A stretch of DNA of 64,000 bases from Octopus vulgaris (taxonomy: Eukaryota), in contig OX597829.1 of NCBI GenBank assembly GCA_951406725.2, positions 54,126,001 to 54,190,000 of the forward strand, read 5' to 3'. The first letter of the stretch is position 1; every line of letters begins with the position of its first letter. The notes under the pieces were generated by a model. That model saw only the letters and a list, made by a program, of their open reading frames with translations, did no database searches and was not told where the DNA came from. Of this stretch, positions 22,590 to 34,443 are shown piece after piece. The translations under genes and the position numbers were made by a program.

Positions 22590-25108
22590 AGAATGAATGA
22601 GAGAAAGGTAATCTCCCCCATGGAACCCTAGTTGACAGATAAGGCAATCAAAGATACGAAAACAGGGGAGGCTCCTAGTTCATAAAGAGTTACTGCTGAG
22701 ATGTTTAAAATATCTGGTAGAGTAGGGTATAGTCCAGTCACTTGTATAGTTAATCAAGTTATTTAGAAAGGTGTAATCTTTAGAGACTGGTGTAGCAGCA
22801 TCATAGTCAGCTTCTACAGGAGTAAGGAAGATGTCTTAGATAGAAGTAATTATAGAGGCATTAAATTGCTGGATCAAGCGATGAGAGTTATGGAAAGAGT
22901 CATAGCCCAATTAATTAGGAACAGAATTAGGCTAAATGAAATGCAGTTTGGCTTTGTTTTGGGGAGAAGCACTGCTGATGCTATTTTCATAGTCAGACAA
23001 CTGCCAAGAGAAGCATTTAGCTATGAATAAGCCATTTGTTGATCTGGAGAAAGCTACCAACAGAGTGTCTCTGAGGAAGTTTGACAAATGGCTTGTGGAA
23101 GCAATACATGCCATGTACAGGTGTGTGGTTAGTAAAGTAAGAGTTAGCCATGAGTACAGTGACGAATTTAGTGTATTGTTAGGTGTTCACCAAGGCCTGG
23201 TACTCAGCCTCCTCCTATCCATCATTGACCTCTTGGCCGTAACAGAGGAACTGAAGACCGGCTGCCCATGGGAGCTACTATATGCTGATGATCTTGCTCT
23301 CAAAACAATCTGTAAGAGAACTAGAAAAGAAATTCCTTGTGTGGAAGCAAAACCTGGAATTGAAGGGCCTCAAAGTTAATTTAGCAAAGACCAAGATCCT
23401 AGTAAGTAAGAAAATGGACAAGATCCTGACATCTTCAGCTCAATGGCCCTGTTCAATATATAGGAAAAGTGTAGGCAGAAATTCCATTTGATGTACCAAG
23501 AGTAAATTATGGACATACAAGAGGTGCAGTGGAATAATAGGAAGCTTAACAGAGAAAGTAGTGTTTGTATGTGGCAGATACACAGGAGCCATAAAGTCTA
23601 CAGATACATGGGAAATGTCCTGTAAACTCTCTAAAGGTAATGGATAATTTCTGCTACTTAGGTGATCTAATTAACAGAGGAAGAGGATGTACCAAAAGTG
23701 TAATTACTAGATTAAGAATAAGATGGAGACAGTTCAGAGGGCTTTTTACCTCTGTTGGCAACTGAAGGTCTTTCTCTCCAAGTGAAAGAAAGATTGTATG
23801 ATGCATGTGTATGAACTGCAATGCTACATGGTAGTAAGACATGGGCTCTGAATACAGAGGACATGTGAAGACTAGAGAGGAATGAAGCTAGTATGCTCTG
23901 CTGGATGTACAATGTCAGTACATCTGTGTAATGGAGTGCTAGTGTATTTATTGAGAGAAAAATTAAGCATAAAAAAATTTTTGATGCAGGTTTGGTCATG
24001 TGATGCATATGGATGAGAATAGTTGCATAAAGAAATGCTGGTCACTAAAAGTGAATGGGACATGTGGAAGAGGGACATCCAGGAAGACATGGAACAAAGT
24101 ATTGAAGGCTGATCTCAGAATGCTGAGCTCTACGAAGAAGATGACAAAAGAGTGAGATATCTGATACCTTGCTGTACTCAAGAAAACCCATCCACAACAG
24201 CAGAACTGATATCCTAAAACCACTTGACCATGAGGAGCTCTGCCTTTTCTCATCACATTTCATACCCTAATACCCATCACTTCTCTATCACCTGAGAGCA
24301 GAATAGGAACATGCTACGTTTTCCTGCATTCTTAGTCACTTCCTTCCCCACCCTGAACCACTTCCATTTCTCATTATCTTCCCCTGCCCACTGTCTCCAC
24401 CAGTCATCTCCATTCTGCACCTTCTCCCCCAATGCGAGGTTCTCACCTTGCTTATCTGCTATCAACCTCAATGCCCTTCACATATTTACTGCAACTCCTA
24501 CCCTCGTGATTCTCCAGGTTTTTCTCCATCATTTCCCATGGTCATCTCTATCCCGCTTACTCAGCCAGTTCAAACCTCTATTACTTACTTCATATATTCC
24601 CACCACCCCCAAAGTCTCTTGAGGGCAAGTTCTGACACATCTTTGTCCTATTTCTTTCACTATCACTCTCCTTATCTTATCTCATCTTTAACTCACTTTC
24701 CTCTCCTTTCTAACTGGGGTATCCATGTATCTACAGCAAGACACATATCTTTGTACCCCTATATCTTTAGTCTCTCATCTAGCATAAAGCCATCCCCCAA
24801 TACTTCTCCCCACTCCCAGTTGAAGTGGTGTGGTCTTTGCTTTCTTTTTTTTTTTATCCTGCAAGGTAACCCTGTCAAAGTCGAAAAACCACTGTTACTG
24901 GTTCCACGTAAAAAGCACTCAATACACTTTGTAAAGTGGTTGGCATTAGGAAGAGCATACAGTTGTAGAAACCATCCCAAAACAGACAATGGAGCCTGAC
25001 ATGGTTCCTGACCCTGCCAACTCCTGTCAAACCATTCACCCAATCCATGCCTGCATGGAAAACGGACGTTAAAAGGTGATGATGATGATGATGATGATGG
25101 TGATGATG
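22590..25108 (+). mobile_element. 5'-truncated RTE-clade LINE: RT, long pyrimidine-rich 3' UTR, (GAT)n tail
   Basis: MQFGFVLGRSTADAIFIVRQL, FVDLEKA, GVHQGLVLS, ELLYADDL, GLKVNLAKTK; many stops; ends ggacgttaaaag(GAT)n. Confidence 0.9.
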
Positions 25109-25471
25109 TTAACGATTTTAAAATAATGTTCAGAGGAACATTATTTACATGTGACAAACCAGAGAAAACATTTGGGGATTATGAACTTCAAGGAGATGGC
25201 TTCTAGAAGAATAAATATACGAAAATAGAAATGGAAGGGGCTTGTTATTTTTATTCAAGCTAAGCAAGGAATTTCTTAGGACTCCTTAGAATTCAAGAAA
25301 CGTGTGCATTTGAATACAAGATAAAAAATAAAAGTAATGACATGTTAGTAGTAGTGACCTTCTATCGAAATAACCCTATTAGGAATAATTGCTTCTAGCT
25401 TTGGCACAAGGTCACAAATTTTGTAAGGATGAAAAACGAAGTTGACCTCAGGGAGATTTGGATTCAGAGTG

Positions 25472-25628
25472 CACTAGCGTAGCTAGAGTGTGTGCTGCCC
25501 GGGGCGGCCCTTCCATTTGCTGCGCTCGGACCCCACAAAAAGACACATACTGCCTACAGCATGTCCAAAAGTTGTGTCCCTTTAAAGTGCAACCCGGGGC
25601 AGACCGTCCCGCACTAGCTACACTAGTG
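25472..25628. mobile_element. GC-rich 157-bp MITE (hAT- or CACTA-like)
   Basis: TIR CACTAGCGTAGCTAG / CTAGCTACACTAGTG; flanks tcagagtg / tccgaata (5 of 8 identical); internal cccggggc repeats. Confidence 0.7.
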
Positions 25629-25699
25629 TCCGAATATAAAGAATCAGAAGACATAGCATAGGGCATTTTGTAAATCTTGTGAATAATAACCGTTTCTAA

Positions 25700-28600
25700 T
25701 ATAAGCACAAGGCTAACAAATTTGAGAGGAAATAGTTAGTTGATGCTATCGAGTCTGGCACTTTACTTTATCGATTCCACCCTAGTGAAAGAAAAGTCGC
25801 CAAGACGGTATTTGAACGCAGAAAGTAAAGGAGCTGGGTGAGATAAAGAAGGCATCTTTATACGACACTCTAACAATTCTGCCAATTCACCAACCAGAGA
25901 ACAAAACCAAATGAGGAAGAATTCGCCACAAGACTAAGGCAAGCCTACAACTAGATGCGGTCTGTGAGTAAGTGATGGTTGTTACGCTGTCTGCTACTGA
26001 GTCATTGACCCACCTTCAATCCGGTGTTGGATTTCACCAAAGTTTATCCTCGCCGAATCCACTTTTTCTTTTCCTTTTTCTGATGAATAACAGATGCAAA
26101 TCCTTCGTGCTCGATGTTTAGAATCCTTTTAGACATGTCAGGTTTGGAACGATAGAAATAAATGGAAATTGTAATCTACTCAACATGACAGAGATAGATA
26201 GAAACAAAATAAATAAATAAATAAAGGTTAACTTTCATCCCGAGAATTTTTTTTTAAAACCAAGTTTGTAAGCGAGCACACATGTCTACACACCCTTATT
26301 ACACGTTCCATAATACGCTCTCACCTTGTTTACACCTCCTCCCCATCTTATTTACTCATCACTAACCGGGCTAGAACTACTCAAATTATTAGTTACACGA
26401 TCTCTACAAGCAACATCCCTAACATAACATCCAAAAAACTTCTATTTCATGAAATAAAACGTGCTTTACTAACTGCGATCTTACTATGATCTATCGCATC
26501 GCAACGTTCATGATAACAACTGGAATTTAAGTGCAGCACATTCAAAGTATAAAATTTGAAGTGGGGACTTGGATTATAATTGACAGAGGAACGGATTGAG
26601 GTAATATTTAACTTACTGGCACCTGCTTTTAAAGAACTGGTACGGAGAAAAATACGGTAAAATAATATAGCCCCAGAGCTGTGTTTACGTTATAATGACT
26701 TTAGGACTTATATAATAGGAATTAACCGGTTTCCCCTAATTGGTTGATCTATCTTGTTTACAAGCAAATAATTATTATGGTAAATTGTTGCTAAGAAATT
26801 GTTTTCACGTTAAACAATAAAAAATATTAACTTTCTATTTGTAAATAAGAAAGCCAACGAAATCTTATAACGGAGTTCGGAAAGTGACCTTCGGGAGGTC
26901 AAGTTGTAATCTCGATTCCAATATAAAAAAATAGATTTGTTTGTGGTACATTTCTCACAAACCGCTACCACTCTAATGAATTAGTACTTCTTCTTCCTTT
27001 ATAATTGTGTTGTATTGTTAGAGTTTGTAAATCGAAATCATTGGCTGGATTTAATAAAAGTTCCAAATTAGTTCGAGAGTAAGCAACGACTTCATTTAGT
27101 TTCCTGCTACGTCCGCCTCACACGTGCTCCTTTGAACAAGATTTGCAGACAGTTCAGAATTATGGCTGGGATCTCTGCTGTGGATGATAACAACCACGTT
27201 GAAAAAGAATCACAAACTTCAACAAAAACCGAAAGTGAACAAGGTGTGTTATTAAGGTTATACTTATCATTATTATTATTGCTATTCTAAAATTTAAATA
27301 TACTTTGATTGCTTTTAATGTTTTAATGCTCACCATTTAATTTATATAATTTGCATGTGAAAATAAATCCAGTTGTATGTGGAATTAAATATAATTTTAT
27401 TTTCTTAAATATTTGCTATCAATGATTTTTATTCACTGTATCAGCTGATACTGAAATTGTTGTTATTAACCCACTCCAGTTTGTAATCTTGCAAGTACTC
27501 GAACTGTTAGACACTTATTTCCAATCACACGTATTAAATTTTGAATCTGCGTGCTTGTTTATTTGAGAAAATATCTTTATTGGCAATTGATAATTCATGC
27601 ATTTTAGTTATCAAAGCTTTTTTTCCAATGCTTATATTATGTAATGGTACTTCTACATCGGAGATGTCGTTTTTGGTGTGTCAAGGTTAAAAGGCAAGGT
27701 TAAAGTTATTGCTTGCTTATCAATTAATTGGGTACTTTTTTTCCTATTAATTCGTCGCAGCTAAACTGCACCAAGTAATAACGTCTTCTGTAAGCAATAA
27801 AGTGGTCTTAACGTTTTAAATATATATATATATACATTCCATACCTATTTAGTGTTCTTAGTTTACTCAACGGAAGGTAAGTTCAGAGACGAACTTTGAA
27901 AAAGATTTTGTTGTGTACTTTAAAATTCATTTATATTACTCTCTTACAATGAAATACCTTTTAAGCAATATTTATTTGCACTTGTGACAACTTTTGATAA
28001 TTTTTTAAGTTAGCGTACATTAACGATTTGAGTTAGCTTAATTACAACCATGTTTATGGGTATTAAGTACCCTATGCAGTTTATTATCGTTATAGTCAAC
28101 TACCCCAACATTTCAGTTGTTCATTGAAGTTTAATTTAGTTTTAACTTTTGTATTCAGTACGCGTGAATTAGCTGCATAATGACAAAAACACCTTTATTT
28201 AAAAAAAAAAAAAAGGACTGGCAAATTGATTGTCTGGATAAATAGAATTACGTAAGCTTACTTTTAGATACATCTTTTTGGATGAAAGGCTACCTTCATA
28301 AATATCTTAGCGTATATCTTGAATAACCTTGCATCTATAAATTGTGGATAACATTTATTGGTAAATGCTTTATAGTTCAAACCATTGCTTGTGTACTTGA
28401 TTGCTATATTTAAAAAAGACTTTTGCTGTTAGTTGCCTACTTTCTTCCATTGCCCTTTCCATCACTTTCAAAATGAATAATCTCAAGTCACGTCGTTACG
28501 CATTTCCCTCTGCATCTCACAACATATATTGACGAAAGAATCTCTTTATTTTACACTCCCACTGTGGTGCTTCAACGGCTTCTACGTAAATCTAAATTGA

Positions 28601-29300
28601 TAATATTCTGCATGTAACTACTATATTCACCTTCAGTTACTTCACAACTCCTTAGTCCTTAATACCTAGGTTATTAATTAACACACCTGCCAATGCAGTG
28701 TCCTTTATCATTTATACATTGTTCTAGTTTACTATTTAAAACGTATTCCCTCCTGCGTCGAGGTCACAACCAGTCTGGACATGAGACATGGACCTTTATT
28801 TGGACACATTAGTTTTACTTATCACACTCTAACCGGCTCAATATCCATTATCACTCATCTGTCTGAGCAGTTGGTAGGTAAACATTAGGTCGCTGATTAA
28901 TCACACTTGCCAAAACCTAAATTATCTTTTAGCGAACTAGTTACTAAGTAACTATTTGATGTCATTCGTTGTGTACCTTGTAATAATTTAAAGGTGACTG
29001 AAGTACTAAGATTGTCTTACCTTAATTTATGTAGTGAATGGATATTAGTTTTAAATGTTAAAAGTAATTAAATCGACTTTCAAACGTAACATAACTATAC
29101 TCTCCAACTCACTTAAGAGTGTGTGTTACATGTTTAAACGGGGTATACGTGTGCATGCAACATTCATAATCCACTCTGATATACTCATTGTAACTAATTA
29201 TTTGCTACACCCAAACACTGAATTTTCTACAACTTCATCAATTTATTCTTCTCTTACACTCGTGTCGGCTGCCAGTTTTACGAAATTCAAGGTTAAGGGG
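25700..29300. promoter_or_regulatory. CpG-retaining, repeat-poor promoter/first-exon region of CLUH
   Basis: CpG is visibly more frequent than in the flanking CpG-depleted introns (judged by eye, not computed). The region surrounds the ATG at 27162 and contains CACGTG at 27121-27126. Boundaries approximate. Confidence 0.55.
27162..27243 (+). CDS. CLUH: CLUH probable first coding exon
   Basis: ATG GCT.. MAGISAVDDNNHVEKESQTSTKTESEQ G|gtgtgt. The phase 1 end matches the phase 1 start of the exon at 36172, and the exon lies in a CpG-retaining region. No homology support for the peptide itself. Confidence 0.7.
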
Positions 29301-32300
29301 CTGGGCTACCAACTTTTATATGCAGCCATTCTGTTCTGTATATTTACACGAATAATAATTCCTGCCCAATCTGCATGGCTGATAAAAGCTATCACTACCT
29401 CTCGTCAATTTTCTTACCTCTTGCAACAACAGGTTACCCAGTTTAACACCATCACCACCATTGTTTGAACGCCTTTAATGGAGTTCATTCTGTTACAAGC
29501 CTTCAAACCAAGTTTATGGCTTGAGCATAACTTCTCCCTTTCATTGCATCAGTCTTGGAGGCTCTGAGAGAAACAAAGGGTCACAGGCACTGTCCTTCCC
29601 AAATCTCCACATATTTTAAATATCACTTTCTTACATAAATTTTGTATCAACAAAGACTCATGAACAACGAATTTGCAGTATTTGATAATGACCCTCTTCT
29701 TTCTAGGCACAAATATATTTTTAAATTATTAGCTCATCATACGTTTTACCAAAATTATGTTGGATAGCTTTACAAAGATAATTAATTATATCTGGTAACT
29801 TTTATCAGTATGTTTCGACATTCTTAGATTTTTTTTTCCATTTCTTTCAATGTCTTCTTTTACCACAAGAATTAGGTACACTAAATTCCTTATTGAATAT
29901 GCCTTAATCCTTTTGCATTAATATTACTCTGTCAAATGTGATCCTTATTTATTCATTGTTTTGAATTATTCAGTCATCTCGTAGCTTTGAGATTTCTATG
30001 AGGTGATTGTTTATTTTTAGAATGACATTGTAGGATAGGTATGATAGGCCAGATCCGACCAGTTTGAGCATAACACTGGTAGAATAGTTGGGCTGGATAT
30101 GGCTGGTTTAAAGGGTTAAAACAAAGATCATTTAGATCTGGGCAAAAAGCTTGTGATAAAGCATTATCTTCTTCCTTATGCTTACCAGACTCTGAAATGT
30201 GGAACACTTCGTGGTTGACAAACTAATATTTTTTTTTTCTTGTCATCTTTCTAGAAATGAAGAATATGTCATTCTGTCATAGCACCATCACTTATGTGCC
30301 TTATTCAAACTATCACTTACTAATTTGTTTTTATTCCTAACTTGAAGCCTCTCTAATCTCTTGGGGATAAAAGTTTCTTACATAACCCTATTCAAATACT
30401 TTACTCCAACAGCTCCCATTGTCTACATATCTCACAGCTTTACTTACCATCTTGATGCTGCACAACTAACAACTCACCAATCAAGTGCATATATTTAGTC
30501 CTCTTTACTAATGTTTGATGATAGCAAATGCATCCAATCCTAAAATTCCAGCCAAAATGAATCAAGCACAAATAGCTGGTTCAAATGCTAATGGGTTAAC
30601 TTTTAAAATATGTTCCTTATCATTACCATTTAACAGCCATCTTCCATGCCGATAATGGTTGGACAGTCTGAGAGGAACTGAAGAACTGCACCAGGCTCTG
30701 TTGTCTGCTCTGGCAGGGTTTCTACAGCTTGATGCCCTTCCTAATGCCAGCCTCTTTACAGAAGGAAGTAGCTATATCGGTTTTCCTGCATTTTCAGCAT
30801 TTTATATAGACAGACACATCAGTTGAAATATTCCAATCCTGTGTTTCCTAAAGCTGTCACTTAAGTCACAATCAAAGATCTGTTTCTTGTGTTGATACGA
30901 TTCGGACTCACATTAAAAAGGTTTTTTTATCAGCCAAATGTTACTGGTTAAATTCTCACTTAGGAACATTCTTGTTCGATTGTCTTCTTTCAGCATGTCC
31001 CAATAGTGCTTTACCAAATTGATGCTGATACTTTTTTGTTATTTCAACCGATTTTCACTCTCATCTTATCTACCAAAATCTCACAAAATTGCTAACTTAC
31101 ATGCAGGAACCCGTTACACGTTCTTGAATGACATATTTACAAAATAATGCTTATCCATAGAAACTAAATCTTTGAGTTCATTGATACAACATTCTTAGCA
31201 ATACCACTCCCTCTCCCAGCCAAGGGGTCTTTGTCTTGCAAGTTACTTGGTGACCTTGCTTGTGTTGGGGCCACATACAAAGCACCCTGTACACTCTGTA
31301 AAGTGGTTGACATTAGGAAGGGCATCTAGCTGTAGAAATCATGTCAATACAGATGACCGGAACCTGGTGTAGCTTACCAGCTCTTGTCAAATTGTCCAAC
31401 CCTTACCAGCATGGAAAAAACAAATGATAAATGATGATGTTGATGAGTATATTTTAAGAGCTAACCTTTTAGCATTTAAACCAACTGTATTTGGCCCAAA
31501 TATTTTACCTGCTTTATGTTTAAACTAGCCAGATTCTGCCTCTCACACCTCGCCTTCAATCATCATCATCATCATTTAGCGTCCGCTTTCCATGCTAGCA
31601 TGGGTTGGACGGTTCAACTGGGGTCTGGAAAGCCAGGAGGCTGCACCAGGCTCAGTTTGATCTGGCAGTGTTTCTACAGCTGGATGCCCTTCCTAACGCC
31701 AACCACTCCGTGAGTGTAGTGGGTGCTTTTTACATGCAAATAAACAATCACATCATTGAAATCTCAAAGCTACAAGATAATGGATTATTAATTGAAATCA
31801 GTGTGGATAAATAAGCATTACATTTGACAATAATGTGAAAGGGTTAAATGGATTTTTATTTCAAGTAGAAAATGAATGCGTAAATACGAGTTGTGAAAAT
31901 TAGTCATTAAACACCTGTATGGCTGTGTGACAAGAAGTTTACTTTCCAATCACATGGCTCTGCATTCGGTCTTAGTGGACGGTCACCTTGGGAAAGTATC
32001 TTTGACTATGGCTGTGGGCCGACCAAAACTTTGTGAGTGTATTTTGTAGATGGAAACTGAAAGAAGCCTGTTGTATATATATATATATAGAGAGAGAGAT
32101 GTGTGTGTGTGTATTTGTCCCCCATCACCACTTGACAACTAGTGTCGGTGTGTTTACATCCTCATGACTGAACATTTTGGCAAAAGAGACTGATAGAATA
32201 AGTACTAGGCTTAAAAACATAAATTCTGGTGTTGATTCATTAATCTAAAATACTACAAAAAGATGCCCCAGAATGGCCACAGTCAAATGACTGAATGAAG

Positions 32301-32781
32301 AAGATAAAAAAGATAATTGCAAGACAATTGCTGGGCAATTTTTCTTGTTCTGACATAAGTCTTCAATAACTGATAATTCTCTACAAAGCTCAAATACACC
32401 TTATCTTTTGAAAACTTCTCACATACATGGATATAATTCTTTGTCTTCCTCCCAATATTGTAAGGATGCCTCCAGCTGAAAGCAATAAAAAATACCTAGA
32501 AATTAATCTCCAAATAAATACAGACCATTAATCCCAATTTCAAGTTCTTTGTTCCAAAATTGCACCTGGAGTATTTACTCCTTTGAAGTTTTCTTCCCAG
32601 ATGTTTTGGCTCAGATCTTATCTTTAGAATACCTTTCACACACACAAGTACAATCTTTGTCTTCCTCCTAGCATTGTAAGAAAACACAAACCTTAATTCA
32701 CCAACTTATTTCCACCTAAACTGTGGAAGTCTCTCCATCTCTGAACTTTCTGATTTTGTGTTCCTCCATAATTTAAAATGA

Positions 32782-33445
32782 TTTAACCGTTTAGCATTCA
32801 CATTACTCTGTCAGACATGCAGCTCTCTGGCTTGCCCAGCATGGAAAACAGACATCAAAAATGATGATGGTGAAATCTCATCCTTATTTATTCACATTGT
32901 TTTGAATAAATCATGCTTCATCTCATAGCTGAAATATTCTGATGATGTGATGATTGCTTATTTTTAGAATGACATTGTAGGGTAAGTGTGACAGGTTGAA
33001 TCTGGCAAGTAAGAATATAAAACAGGTAAAGTATTTAGGCCAGTTTAACCTTTTAGCATTTAGGTTATCAAATATAATGCTTTCATTGTCTTTAATTAAT
33101 CATACATTATCACATAGCTTCAAGAGTTGGATGATGTGATTGTTTGTTTTTAGAATGACATTGTAGGGTAGGTGTGAGATGCCAGATCTGGCTGGTTTGA
33201 ACATAAAACAGGTAAAATACTTAGGCCAGCCAGTTTAACCTTTTAGCATTCAGGTTATTCCGTCAAATGTAATACTTATTTATTCACATTGTCTTGAATT
33301 AATTATGCATTATCTCACAGCTTTAAAATTACAATGATGTGACAGCATTTTTTACAATGACATCATAAAGGCTGGAATCTGGCTAGTTTGAACATAAAAC
33401 AGGTAGAATATTTGGGTTGGATATGGCTTGTTCAAATGCTGAAGG
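32782..33445 (+). mobile_element. Three tandem MITE family D copies
   Basis: Left termini at about 32782, 33045 and 33235; the first two lack the right TIR. Confidence 0.8.
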
Positions 33446-34254
33446 AAAGGCAGTGGGAGCTGGCAGAAACGTTAGCATGCTGGATGAAATGCTTTGTGGT
33501 ATTTCGTCTATAATTTTATGTTCTGAATTCAAATTCTGCCAAGGTCAACTTTGCCTTTCATCCTTTTGGGGTCGATAAGTTAAGTATTAGTTGCGTAGTG
33601 GGGTTGATCTAATCGACTGGCTTCCACACCAAAACTTTTGGGCCTTGTTCCCAGAGTAAAAAAGAATATTCTACCTCTTATCTCTACTGTTTGGCAAACC
33701 TGACTGTGCACTAAAATAAAATTTCTCCAAAGCATTTCCTTGGACTCTTTTCCTGCCTATCTATCCCTGACCACCCCGCTGAGCACCGGTCATTTGAATT
33801 TAGACAAATGAAAGCATGGAATTATAATTTCCACTACCACTGTCCTGTCTAGTCTTTTACTTGTTTCAGCCATTAGACTGTGGCCATGCTGGGGCATTGC
33901 TTTGGAGAATTTTAGTTGAACTGATTCCAGCCTGATACATATTTTATTGATCCCTTTGCCAAACCGTTTAGTTACAAGGATGTAAACACACCAGCACTGG
34001 TTATTAAACAGTAGTGGGGACTAACATGCACACTCCTAATGCCAACCACTCCGAGAGTGTAATGGGTGCTTTTGTGTACCACTGGCACAAGTGCCATTTG
34101 CATGACACTGGTATCTGCCACAACTGTGACTTGGTTTGATAGGTCTTCTTCTCAAGCACAATGTGTCAAAGGTCTTGGTCATTGCCTTCCTCTGTGAGGC
34201 CCAACACTTGAAAGGAACTCAGCCACTTTGTCTCTGTGAGGCCCAACACTGCAT

Positions 34255-34443
34255 GGCTGTAAACTCTGCTTTTTTTCTGCACCCTGACTAAGGATTGAAT
34301 CCAAAATGTTGGATATTCCACCCCTCACGCAAGTTTACTGTACCCCTTTCACTTTTTTCCATATTTTTTCAATTCTGCCAACACAGCTACTAGATTATTG
34401 CCTGATTATTATATAATATAATATATATATATATATATATATT
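34255..34443 (+). mobile_element. Penelope-like pLTR remnant ending in (TA)n
   Basis: CCCTGACTAAGGATTGAATCCAAAATGTTGG (34282-34312), a decayed form of CTGANGA-stem-GAAACGTT. Confidence 0.5.

Noticed and set aside
24448-24999. 183-aa ORF, the longest in the track
   Set aside because: Lies in the low-complexity pyrimidine-rich 3' UTR of the RTE LINE
25900-26700. Possible divergent transcript or extra 5' exon (donor-like motifs near 25968 +, 26320 - and 26612 -)
   Set aside because: Isolated donor hexamers with no ORF or partner exons; cannot be supported without RNA data
29055-29468. 137-aa ORF in CLUH intron 1
   Set aside because: No recognisable motif or splice context on either strand; a tBLASTx search would be needed
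30760-31150. Possible viral or transposase fragment
   Set aside because: Multiple stops in the frame I translated and no motif I could identify
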